From NCBI GenBank assembly GCA_016220145.1, contig JACRID010000021.1, forward strand, positions 1-61,114: a stretch of 61,114 nucleotides of DNA, in the 5' to 3' direction. Under the pieces are notes generated by a model that worked only from the letters and a program-made list of their open reading frames with translations, had not been told where the DNA came from and searched no databases. The position numbers were made by a program, and so were the translations under genes. Each line of letters opens with the position of its first letter. Within the stretch, counting starts at the first letter, position 1. The stretch is from Candidatus Peregrinibacteria bacterium (GTDB taxonomy: Bacteria; Patescibacteriota; Gracilibacteria; UBA1369; UM-FILTER-53-11). Shown here piece after piece: positions 53,304 through 61,114 of this stretch.

Positions 53304-53825
53304 TCAAGTATAAATGATACTGCTATAAATTTTTTGTCCTTTTAAGCGATCGCGGCCTGCCATACTTTCCATCTCAACTGCACATGATATTCCTATAATT
53401 TTTGAACCGATTTTATTAATTAATTTCACGGCGGCAGCCATTGTCCCACCTGTTGCCAAAATATCATCTACCAATACCACTTGTTCATTGGGCTGCAAAA
53501 TGTTTCCCGCAACTTCCATCACATATGAAGCATATTCAAAACTATATTCCTGTGATATGGTCGGTGGCGGTGTTTTACCTTTTTTCCTTATCAATACCAT
53601 ACCTGATCCTAACTGATTTGCCAATGCGCCTGCCAAAATAAAACCTCTTGCTTCAATGCCAATAACAGTATCTATTTTCTGATTTTTATAAGGTCCAGAC
53701 AACTGTTCAATAAGCTCATGAAATAACCTTGAATCATGTAGAATTGGAGCTATATCATACGTTATTATCCCTTTGCTGGGCCAATCAGGTATAACCGAAA
53801 TATGCTTTTTAAAGTCCAAAAACAT
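53304..53825 (-). CDS. apt: Adenine phosphoribosyltransferase
   Basis: VIPDWPSKGIITYDIAPIL and the PRPP loop VVLVDDILATGGTMAA. The track start at 53831 is TTG; the ATG is at 53825. Confidence 0.8.
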   Translation of the reverse strand: MFLDFKKHISVIPDWPSKGIITYDIAPILHDSRLFHELIEQLSGPYKNQKIDTVIGIEARGFILAGALANQLGSGMVLIRKKGKTPPPTISQEYSFEYASYVMEVAGNILQPNEQVVLVDDILATGGTMAAAVKLINKIGSKIIGISCAVEMESMAGRDRLKGQKIYSSIIYT

Positions 53826-53858
53826 AATCAAAGGATGTCACTATTTACTGTATAGAAA

Positions 53859-53887
53859 AGTATAAACTATTTCAATTTAAATTTCAA
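53859..53887 (-). promoter_or_regulatory. Candidate internal promoter upstream of apt-gmhA-gmhB-tal
   Basis: On the minus strand: TTGAAA (53882-53887), a 17-nt spacer, then TATACT (53859-53864). Confidence 0.45.
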
Positions 53888-53951
53888 TCCCTATACGCGA
53901 GAAACCACACAGCCTCAAAAAACTCCGTAACTTCGACTTTATAATAATAGC

Positions 53952-55082
53952 TTAAAACGTTTTTTGTATCCCTTGTTCACGCATCTGATCTTCGGTCTTC
54001 TTGAGATATTGGCTCAAATCCCCAAATTGCCTTACCCATTCCAAGTAATCATGAACCGCATCACTCAAAGAATACAGCGGCTCCCAACCCAACCTCTTAA
54101 GTTTGTCTATATCCATCAGTGAATGCCGCGCTCCGCCCACACGATAACGATTGTTCAGCAAAGGGTTAAATGGTACACTTGCATCCTCGGCCACGAGTTT
54201 TCCCAGCTCAAGTACGCGCGTACCAATGCCGATTCCCACATTAAAACTCTCAAAATTAGCGCGCGGATCATTAAGCACCGTAAGATGCGCACGCGCAACA
54301 TCTTTTACATGTACAAAATCCCGTATCTGTCTGCCATCCTCATTCATTTGAATTGGTTCATCGCTCAAAACATTTACCGCGAAAGAACGCAAAGCTCCAG
54401 AGTAATAGTGCCTAAAAGATTGGCGAGGCCCAAGTACAATGCTAAAGCGTAACGCCACACTGGGGACATTATAGAGTTTCCCTAATGCAAAAAGTAATTG
54501 CTCGGCCGAAAGTTTAGAAATACCGTAGGGGATGAGCGGTTTCAATTGATCGGTTTCTTTTTCTGCCACCGACTCCACTGTCATGCGGCATACCGGACAT
54601 ACCTGTTCCCATTCATGGCGTGCTAATTGCTCTTCCGTGCGAGGCGCGTAGTAACCCGTTCCATGCGTGACACATACATATTGCCCCTCGCCATATACGG
54701 ATTGCGAAGACGCCATTACAATTTTTTTAATGGGAAATTTTTCTACCACAATCAATTCAAACAACAACGCCACACTTTCAATATTGGTGCGAATATAGTC
54801 GCTAAAGTCCAAATGAAAATCCATATACGCCGCAAGGTGAATCACTGAATCAACTCCTTCAAGCGCGCGGCGCCAATCATCTTTATTCCGCACGTCGCCT
54901 TTTATAAATTCCGCTTTTTTAGCCAACCACTCGGGGATCGTGCCGTCATGGGTAGGCGAACCAAGATTATCCATCACACGAACGCTATAGCCGGAAGAAA
55001 GCAGTTCATCTACCACATGCGAACCGATAAATCCTGCGCCACCGGTCACCAAAATTTTTTTGAACGTATTATTTTCTACCAT
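53952..55082 (-). CDS. NAD-dependent epimerase/dehydratase (extended SDR) with a Cys/His-containing insertion
   Basis: ILVTGGAGFIGSHV and PYGISKLSAE (YxxxK). A roughly 55-aa insert between SQSVYGEG and PYGISK contains CVTH...CPVC. Confidence 0.7.
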   Translation of the reverse strand: MVENNTFKKILVTGGAGFIGSHVVDELLSSGYSVRVMDNLGSPTHDGTIPEWLAKKAEFIKGDVRNKDDWRRALEGVDSVIHLAAYMDFHLDFSDYIRTNIESVALLFELIVVEKFPIKKIVMASSQSVYGEGQYVCVTHGTGYYAPRTEEQLARHEWEQVCPVCRMTVESVAEKETDQLKPLIPYGISKLSAEQLLFALGKLYNVPSVALRFSIVLGPRQSFRHYYSGALRSFAVNVLSDEPIQMNEDGRQIRDFVHVKDVARAHLTVLNDPRANFESFNVGIGIGTRVLELGKLVAEDASVPFNPLLNNRYRVGGARHSLMDIDKLKRLGWEPLYSLSDAVHDYLEWVRQFGDLSQYLKKTEDQMREQGIQKTF

Positions 55083-56070
55083 ATATTTTCTCCACTATTT
55101 TTAAAACCTCATACGCATCGGCTGCATTCGGCACAGGATTTCTTTTTTCTTTAATGGCTGCAATAAATTCTTGCAATTCTTTTATCAAAGATGCGTCCGC
55201 ATCTGGATTACAGATACATTCACGCTCTATTGGATGATCAATATATTTTGGATTGCGTTTTCCCAAAATTACTTTTTCCGTGCCGCCATATTTTTTTCCT
55301 AATCCTTCAATACTCACATATCCTTTTGTGCCAAAAATTTCAAAATTATGAATCGGCCTCCAATTGGACCAGCTCACATGGATAGAAGCCAATTGTTTTT
55401 TCTTACTACGCATAACCAACATTGCATTATCATCTACACCGGCATGCCAGTATACATCTTCAGCAAAGCCCGCTACGGAAGTAATGTCCCCCAAAAATGA
55501 CCGGACCATATCTATCATATGCACTCCTTGGTCAATAAGCTCTCCTCCGCCGGAAAACTTCCTGTGCATTCTCCATTCTTTTTGATATCCCACACGGCCG
55601 CCAAAACCATATCTCGCTCGAATGAACATCAATTCCCCTATTTTCCCCTGCTCAATAAATGTACGCGCTAATAAAAACGAAGGATGAAAACGATGATTAA
55701 AGCCCACCATATATCGTACGCCGTGTTTTTTAGCGAGCGCCACCCCTTGTGTGATCTCGGTAGAACGCACTCCTCCCGGTTTTTCTGAAAGCACATGCAC
55801 GCCCTTCCGCAAGAATGCGTGGGAAATTGGCGCTAAAAAACGATGCGGGGTTACCACCACAACCGCATCAATATCCGATCGCAAAAGAAGATCTTGCCAA
55901 TCAGCAAGTGATTCACATTGTCTAAAATTACTCGCCAACCTTTTTGCTTTTTTACTATCAACATCCACCACGGCGCGAACATTAATTCCATGTGTTTGTT
56001 TCATGGCACGCACCCATCGTGCGCCCATGCCACCCGCACCAATAAGAGCGAAAGAAATTTTACCAGTCAT
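55069..56070 (-). CDS. Gfo/Idh/MocA-family oxidoreductase
   Basis: FALIGAGGMGARW and LSEKPG motifs. Confidence 0.7.
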   Translation of the reverse strand: MTGKISFALIGAGGMGARWVRAMKQTHGINVRAVVDVDSKKAKRLASNFRQCESLADWQDLLLRSDIDAVVVVTPHRFLAPISHAFLRKGVHVLSEKPGGVRSTEITQGVALAKKHGVRYMVGFNHRFHPSFLLARTFIEQGKIGELMFIRARYGFGGRVGYQKEWRMHRKFSGGGELIDQGVHMIDMVRSFLGDITSVAGFAEDVYWHAGVDDNAMLVMRSKKKQLASIHVSWSNWRPIHNFEIFGTKGYVSIEGLGKKYGGTEKVILGKRNPKYIDHPIERECICNPDADASLIKELQEFIAAIKEKRNPVPNAADAYEVLKIVEKIYGRK

Positions 56071-56908
56071 AACCGCGATCTTTAGGTTTTATACGCCGCC
56101 AATTGTAAATGTCAGACGTTTGAATTTCTTTTATATGCTTAGGAATATCTTGCCAATTATCCCACACCGCGCTGATATTTTTACCTGTAAGGCCATTGGA
56201 TTCTTCGGAAGCTAAAAACACAGCCAAAACGGCGGCTTTCTCCGGGGATATGATAACACCACTACCAGCCACTTGTTGCAGTGCTTCTTCATATTTTTGT
56301 CTTCCGCTCCGTTCAGGACCAGCTTTAATTAATTCTTTTGTGAACCCTGAAGAAACCAATCCAGGAGAGATAGAATTGATAGAAATACGATAATCTTGAA
56401 GCTCGGTAGCCATTGTTTCCGTGAATCTCAAAACAGCTCCCTTAGAACTTGCATACGCGGAAAAATTTTCCAGCGGACCATCTCCTCCGCCCGCAAAGGT
56501 AATAATTTTTGCGTTCGTTCCTTCTTTCAATAAAGGTAAAGCATATTTAATTGCATAAACAGTCCCTAAGAGATTTATTGTAACAGCTTCAAACCATCGT
56601 TCAGCATTACATTGCTCGAGCGAACCTATCTCACCATAGACCCCCGCGGCCGTAACCAAAATATCAACTGCTGAAAATATTCTGCCTGCTTCTTGCATCA
56701 ATTTTTGAATATCTTTAATTTCAGATACATCCGCCGGATATATTTCAATCAACGGCGAATTAAGTTCTTTTTTTATTGCATTCAATTTTTCAATTGAACG
56801 TCCGCTTAATAGAACACGGCACCCCTCGCGAACAAAAAATCTTGCAATCGTTTTGCCTATAACACCGGTACCACCGGTAATAATTGCTCGTCTATTTTGT
56901 AACTTCAT
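56060..56908 (-). CDS. Classical short-chain dehydrogenase/reductase
   Basis: IITGGTGVIGKT (TGxxxGxG) and YASSKGAV (YxxxK). Confidence 0.75.
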   Translation of the reverse strand: MKLQNRRAIITGGTGVIGKTIARFFVREGCRVLLSGRSIEKLNAIKKELNSPLIEIYPADVSEIKDIQKLMQEAGRIFSAVDILVTAAGVYGEIGSLEQCNAERWFEAVTINLLGTVYAIKYALPLLKEGTNAKIITFAGGGDGPLENFSAYASSKGAVLRFTETMATELQDYRISINSISPGLVSSGFTKELIKAGPERSGRQKYEEALQQVAGSGVIISPEKAAVLAVFLASEESNGLTGKNISAVWDNWQDIPKHIKEIQTSDIYNWRRIKPKDRGYDW

Positions 56909-57915
56909 ATGGTATTCATTGCCCGCGGACGATGGAGTATAACTTGTGTTCCGCCCGCATCAACACGGTAAAAAATTTCCCGCATACCCTGATTAACAAA
57001 AACACTCCGTACCGCATTCTGCGAACCATCACGGCAATATAGTAAGAAAAAACCGCCACCACCCGCACCCACTATTTTTCCACCCAAAGCTCCTTTTATT
57101 TTCGCTTCTTTATAAATCTCCTCAAAATGGTCATTCGTCATGTGTGCAGACATTTGTCGCTTAAGATTCCAATGAAGATCCATCAGACCACCAAATTGAT
57201 CAAGATTGCCTTGCTCAAATGATGTAAAAATTTCTTGACCAATTTTCTTGGTTTGGTGCTTAAGTTCTATTGCACTCGTCTGATTTTGACGAAGTACATT
57301 TTGTTGTTCTTGTAATATATCAACACTGGAACGACTGATACCTGTGTAGAATAGCAAAGTCTGTCGTTCAAACTGCTCTTGAGTAGATCTAGTAATATTA
57401 GCAGGTGAAACCGTAACGAGACCGCTTGGATCAATATTCAGCACACAAAAATTACCAAATGCTGCCAGATAAAAATCTTGTTTGCCATCTGGAAGCCCAA
57501 GATCTTCAGTGGCGATCTCAAAAGCTTCTTCAGCCAATTGCCATCGTGAAATATTTTCACCTTTTAGTGTGTGAAGGGCATTAAGCAACCCTACAAGGTA
57601 ACTCGCTGAACTGCCCAATCCTGTACCATAGCAAATATCAGCCATAGACGCAATCTCAATCATTTTCGCAATTCCCGTGCGCTGTAGAGCGGCGCGAGCT
57701 ATATTATTGCGTAAATCAGTAATCCTCTTTACCTCCTCACTTTCATGATATTTAAGACGAATCAAATCATCCGCAGGAGGACGATTCAAACCAATATACA
57801 TATATAGATTAATGGTTACAGAAAAAATAAAACCACCGTACTTTTCATAATAAGCGGGTAAATCTGTTGAACCACCACCAAGCGGCAATCGAAATGGAGT
57901 ACGGGTCAAAATCAT
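56905..57915 (-). CDS. hddA: GHMP kinase, D-glycero-alpha-D-manno-heptose 7-phosphate kinase type
   Basis: TRTPFRLPLGGGSTDLPAYYEKYGGFIFSVTINLYMY is the HddA-like N-terminus. GTGLGSSASY is the GHMP motif II. Confidence 0.7.
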   Translation of the reverse strand: MILTRTPFRLPLGGGSTDLPAYYEKYGGFIFSVTINLYMYIGLNRPPADDLIRLKYHESEEVKRITDLRNNIARAALQRTGIAKMIEIASMADICYGTGLGSSASYLVGLLNALHTLKGENISRWQLAEEAFEIATEDLGLPDGKQDFYLAAFGNFCVLNIDPSGLVTVSPANITRSTQEQFERQTLLFYTGISRSSVDILQEQQNVLRQNQTSAIELKHQTKKIGQEIFTSFEQGNLDQFGGLMDLHWNLKRQMSAHMTNDHFEEIYKEAKIKGALGGKIVGAGGGGFFLLYCRDGSQNAVRSVFVNQGMREIFYRVDAGGTQVILHRPRAMNTI

Positions 57916-58598
57916 AATCGTTGTTTTATTATATCTTCAATTCCTTTTATATCTTCAGGAGAACTAAATTGCCTGCACGCACCGGTATAGACAGGATAGA
58001 CATCTATATCTTTTATATATTGATTAAGAAGGGAAGTAACAAAAAATTCACCATTAACTAATGATGGTTTGGGATGATAATCTAAAATTTTACCACTTAC
58101 GACAATGATACCTCCAACAGCCATTTTTGAGAGTGGTTGAAATGGTTTCTCTAAAATATGTTTAATGGTACCATTTTTATTGAATTCAATTATACCACAA
58201 CTCTCAGGTTGATCCGACTGACACACTAAGATACAATTTTTATACTTTAAACAGTTTTGTACTTCTTGTTTTGTAGGAAGATCATCTCCGTTAATAATCA
58301 TAAAACTTTCTTCCAAATCAATAAACGGTTTCACCGCGAGCAAGCTATAAGCACTACCTTTATCAGAACCCTCTACAAAATGAATTTTTTTATCAGGAAA
58401 CTTTTTTTCTACAAAATTTCGTATTTGGTTTCCTAAATACCTTATCACAATATATACATCATCAATTTCAGGAGTAAAGGCATCAAAAATATATTCTAAA
58501 ATTGTCTTATCTCCTATAACAAGAAGTGCCTTCGGTTTGGACAATGTAAAAGGCCGCATTCGTTTTCCATTACCTGCAGCTAAGATAACTGCTTTCAT
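57912..58598 (-). CDS. hddC: Heptose-1-phosphate guanylyltransferase-type nucleotidyltransferase
   Basis: MKAVILAAGNGKRMRPFT. It overlaps hddA by ATGA and sits in the heptose module. Confidence 0.55.
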   Translation of the reverse strand: MKAVILAAGNGKRMRPFTLSKPKALLVIGDKTILEYIFDAFTPEIDDVYIVIRYLGNQIRNFVEKKFPDKKIHFVEGSDKGSAYSLLAVKPFIDLEESFMIINGDDLPTKQEVQNCLKYKNCILVCQSDQPESCGIIEFNKNGTIKHILEKPFQPLSKMAVGGIIVVSGKILDYHPKPSLVNGEFFVTSLLNQYIKDIDVYPVYTGACRQFSSPEDIKGIEDIIKQRL

Positions 58599-58601
58599 AG
58601 A

Positions 58602-59525
58602 TTATGTTACTATCTTTTCTCTAATAATATAAGGCGTCTTTTTGTTTGTTTCAAAATAAATCCGCAGGATCAACTCGGCCAAAAATCCCAACATAAAAAA
58701 CAAAATTCCCGATAAAACAAAAAAGATGCTTAAAATTGGCAGTGGTGTCTGCCCAAAGTTGCGCAGCGCCTCCAACTTCAGGTAAATCGCTACTGCGGCA
58801 GTTAGCACTCCTAAAAAAAACGAACCCAAACCGAGTCCGCCAAAAAAAATTAACGGTCGTCCGCTTAAACTAGCCAAAAATTTAATAGTCAAAAGATCAA
58901 AAATGTCTTTCACTGCTTTCATGAAGTAATGCTTGGAAACACCAAACTTCCTCGCGTGATGAATAACGGGAATTTCCGCAACCTTAGCGCCACGACTATA
59001 TAAAAAAGCAGGCAAAAATACATGCATCTCGCCGTACAGATGAATAGAGGTAACCACTTCATTACGATAAGCTTTCAAAGCGCATGCCGAATCATGCAAA
59101 TAAAGACCCGTCATCTTGGCAGTAAGCCAGTTGGCCAAACGCGACAGCGATCTTCGTCCCCAAGAGTCATTACGTTCTTGGCGCCAGCCGGACACCACGT
59201 CGTAACCCTCACGAATTTTACTGATTAACTTAGGAATGTCAGCCGGATCGTTTTGCAGATCACCATCCATGGTAATGATAATTTCTCCTTCGGCCTCGTG
59301 AATACCGGCGTCCAATGCCGAAGTTTGCCCAAAATCCATGGAAAGAATTAAGATTTTAATCCCCGTCAGAGTTCTTAACTTTTCAACAGTAGTGTCAGTT
59401 GATCCATCATCAACAAAAATGATTTCGTATTTTTCACCAATTCTTTCCATTGCTTCACGTATTTTTTGGTGCAACAAAACCATATTTTCTGCTTCATTAT
59501 ATACCGGAATTACGATAGAAATCAT
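58602..59525 (-). CDS. GtrB/CsbB/DPM1-like GT2 polyprenyl-phosphate glycosyltransferase with C-terminal transmembrane helices
   Basis: MISIVIPVYNEAE, IFVDDGSTD and MDGDLQND motifs plus C-terminal helices. The track start at 59552 is TTG; the ATG is at 59525. Confidence 0.75.
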   Translation of the reverse strand: MISIVIPVYNEAENMVLLHQKIREAMERIGEKYEIIFVDDGSTDTTVEKLRTLTGIKILILSMDFGQTSALDAGIHEAEGEIIITMDGDLQNDPADIPKLISKIREGYDVVSGWRQERNDSWGRRSLSRLANWLTAKMTGLYLHDSACALKAYRNEVVTSIHLYGEMHVFLPAFLYSRGAKVAEIPVIHHARKFGVSKHYFMKAVKDIFDLLTIKFLASLSGRPLIFFGGLGLGSFFLGVLTAAVAIYLKLEALRNFGQTPLPILSIFFVLSGILFFMLGFLAELILRIYFETNKKTPYIIREKIVT

Positions 59526-59624
59526 AGGTTCAATTACTCTGGGTGTAAACAAAATTCAAAATTGGTTCACTTGGTTGAAATGAGCTTAAAATCTCATTTC
59601 TTCATCATTGCCAATTATAAGCGA

Positions 59625-59653
59625 ATTTTAGATAAAAAATTGCTCACTGTCAA
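59625..59653 (-). promoter_or_regulatory. Candidate sigma-70-type promoter for the GT2-heptose operon
   Basis: On the minus strand: TTGACA (59648-59653), a 17-nt spacer, then TAAAAT (59625-59630). The roughly 95-nt leader contains an 8-bp hairpin (59577-59584/59593-59600). Confidence 0.5.
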
Positions 59654-59669
59654 GCACGCGTTATCCGCA

Positions 59670-60983
59670 TTAATGTCCGATACCAATGTAAGTGAAGCCT
59701 ACACGACGAATTGATTTTTCTTGATCATAGAAAAAATTACGAGTGTCAAAAAAAAGAAAGGGTGATTTTAAACACAATTTGAGTTTTTTTAAATTTAATT
59801 TCTTAAATTCGAGCCAATTGGTGATAATCATCACCGCATGACAGTCTTTTGCACAATTATAGGGGTTAGCAAAAAACTTCACAGATAAAGCTTTCTTTAC
59901 TTCCTCGGGATCAGCCATTGGATCATGAACACGAACAATAGCGCCGGCCGTCAGCAATTTTGGAATTATTTCCAAAGCCAAGGCACGACGTAACGTTGCG
60001 GTGCCAGATTTATAGGTAAATCCAAAAACAGCGATTTTCTTTCCTTGTAAGCTCCCCAAATGTTCTGTGAGATACTTGACTGCCAAATCGCGTCGAACTT
60101 TATTTTTTTTGAATACGCCAGAGATAACAGGCAGATCAATCTGTACCTCATCCGCTTTCTTGAGCAAAATTCTTAGATCCCTGGCTAAGGTGCCACCGGA
60201 AAAACCAATACTCGCATCAAGATATGCCTTTTGTCCAATCCGCTCATCAGAACGCAACGCCCGTGTGACTTCTACTATATCTGCTCCGTAGGCCTTGGCG
60301 ACATCGGCAATATCGTAAATGAAACTGAGCGACGTGGCCAAAAATGAATTCAATGCGTGTTTACTTAATTCTGCCGAGGCAATTTTCATGGGTAAAATAA
60401 CGGTATGAAGAGGCGCAAAAATTTCTTCTATTTTTTTGATTACTGTCTTCTTCGCCGCCCCCACCACAATTTTTTTCGGTTCAAAAAAACTTTTTACCGC
60501 CTGTCCCAGTTGCAAATTTTCCGGCACATAGGCTAAATCAAAAGCTAACTTTGGACGCTTCTCGTTGATAAATTTCTGAATTTTTTGACAGCTCCCTACA
60601 GGAATCTGACTTGAAATAGCAATCAGAGAATTTTGTTTAAATAATGGAATGGCAAGTTTAAAAAAATCCCAAATTGGTTTTAAATCCACTTCGTCGTGTT
60701 TAGTCACGGGAGTATCAAAAGCAAGCCAAACAATGTCACAATTTTTTAGTTCCTCCAGCTTAGCGCTAAATGAGAGCCGTTTTTTGTCAGTATTTTTTTT
60801 AATCAGATCGGCAAGACCGCGCTCGGCTAGCGGAGGAATGCCTTTTTGAAAATTGGCAACAATTTTTTTATCGCTATCAATACCAATTACCGTATGCCCG
60901 AGATCAGCTAACCCAGCTGAAAATATTTCACCCAAATGCCACAAGCCCACGACTGCGATGGTGTATTTTTTCATAGAATTCAT
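59670..60983 (-). CDS. UDP-glucose/GDP-mannose dehydrogenase-family paralog lacking the catalytic cysteine
   Basis: It has the family fold along its full length (AVVGLWHLGE NAD site; RIGQKAYLDASIGFSGGTLARDL). The canonical G-G-x-C-x-x-K-D reads G-G-T-L-A-R-D, so Cys is replaced by Thr and Lys by Arg. A second in-frame ATG at 60974 (MKKYTIAVVG) lies just inside the repeat boundary. Confidence 0.65.
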   Translation of the reverse strand: MNSMKKYTIAVVGLWHLGEIFSAGLADLGHTVIGIDSDKKIVANFQKGIPPLAERGLADLIKKNTDKKRLSFSAKLEELKNCDIVWLAFDTPVTKHDEVDLKPIWDFFKLAIPLFKQNSLIAISSQIPVGSCQKIQKFINEKRPKLAFDLAYVPENLQLGQAVKSFFEPKKIVVGAAKKTVIKKIEEIFAPLHTVILPMKIASAELSKHALNSFLATSLSFIYDIADVAKAYGADIVEVTRALRSDERIGQKAYLDASIGFSGGTLARDLRILLKKADEVQIDLPVISGVFKKNKVRRDLAVKYLTEHLGSLQGKKIAVFGFTYKSGTATLRRALALEIIPKLLTAGAIVRVHDPMADPEEVKKALSVKFFANPYNCAKDCHAVMIITNWLEFKKLNLKKLKLCLKSPFLFFDTRNFFYDQEKSIRRVGFTYIGIGH

Positions 60984-61114
60984 AGTGCGTTACTCGCACA
61001 ATTGTGCTAAAATGAGGATAAAGTGCGTTAACAATTTTATCTATCATTTTTGCACAATCGTATGAGCAACAAAACTTGTCCACAAGAGGTCATTATCCGA
61101 AAATTACCAATAAA
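60976..61114. repeat. Right arm of the perfect 139-bp inverted repeat (partner 1-139)
   Basis: It is the exact reverse complement of 1-139. It supplies the leader and the first ATG (60981-60983) of the dehydrogenase-family gene. Confidence 0.95.

Noticed and set aside
59577-59600. 8-bp hairpin as the terminator of the dehydrogenase-family gene
   Set aside because: On the transcribed minus strand it is not followed by a U-tract. It also lies downstream of the candidate TTGACA-N17-TAAAAT promoter, so it is more likely part of the next operon's leader.
1-61114. Composite transposon or other mobile element bounded by the 139-bp inverted repeats
   Set aside because: I recognised no transposase, integrase, recombinase, replication or conjugation gene anywhere in the 61 kb. 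The repeat arms carry a gene leader and start codon rather than transposase-binding ends. The window edges prevent any check for target-site duplications.
1-61114. Alternative genetic code (for example UGA reassignment)
   Set aside because: Long uninterrupted ORFs with family-typical lengths are obtained under the standard code. TGA, TAA and TAG all occur as stops at sensible gene ends, such as TGA at 18804, 22999 and 27840. The single in-frame TAA at 18990 is isolated.
1-61114. CRISPR arrays, tRNA or rRNA genes
   Set aside because: No regularly spaced direct repeats were found. No gap is large enough for an rRNA gene. The few gaps over 100 bp (6800-7014, 9112-9320, 10695-10864, 13191-13360, 26809-26914, 47159-47320, 53832-53951, 59526-59669) show no tRNA-like T-loop or acceptor features.

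Overview
This 61,114-bp window is almost entirely one very large cell-surface glycan biosynthesis locus of about 55 genes, mostly on the minus strand, from an AT-rich bacterium I cannot assign taxonomically. I saw no rRNA, tRNA, CRISPR array, transposase, integrase or phage genes. The recognisable modules are listed below.

- **1-13.2 kb (G+C-richer block):** DedA, GT-C/GT4/DUF2304/GT2 genes, two small paralogous HTH-like proteins, a UDP-xylose synthase-like gene, a secreted S8 protease with FG-GAP repeats, an initiating phosphoglycosyl transferase, an epimerase and a UDP-glucose dehydrogenase.
- **13.4-32.9 kb (AT-rich minus-strand operon):** a pseudaminic-acid-type nonulosonate pathway (PseB, PseC, PseI, GNAT, SpsF-like cytidylyltransferases). 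It also carries an acetamidino module (PP-loop amidotransferase plus HisH/HisF-like), a PIG-L deacetylase, formyltransferase-like domains, a kinase fusion and a Wzx-cytidylyltransferase fusion.
- **33.0-34.5 kb:** a KpsS-like gene split by a frameshift in an A7 tract.
- **35.7-38.9 kb:** a plus-strand formyltransferase / C-methyltransferase / aminotransferase cassette.
- **38.9-47.2 kb:** a nucleotidyltransferase, polyprenyl-phosphate GT2, two oxidoreductases and a large membrane protein.
- **47.3-48.9 kb:** a G+C-richer B12-binding radical SAM gene with its own promoter, ribosome-binding site and terminator.
- **48.9-61.0 kb:** a GDP-heptose module (transaldolase, GmhA, GmhB, HddA, HddC and tailoring oxidoreductases), ending in a UGDH-family paralog that lacks the catalytic cysteine.

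The most striking structural signal is a perfect 139-bp inverted repeat forming both termini of the window. It places the same leader and ATG in front of both inward-facing end genes, one of which is a 5'-truncated amidotransferase remnant. Function calls rest on motifs I recognised by eye, and no database search was possible. G+C statements are spot counts of single 60-nt lines, not averages.
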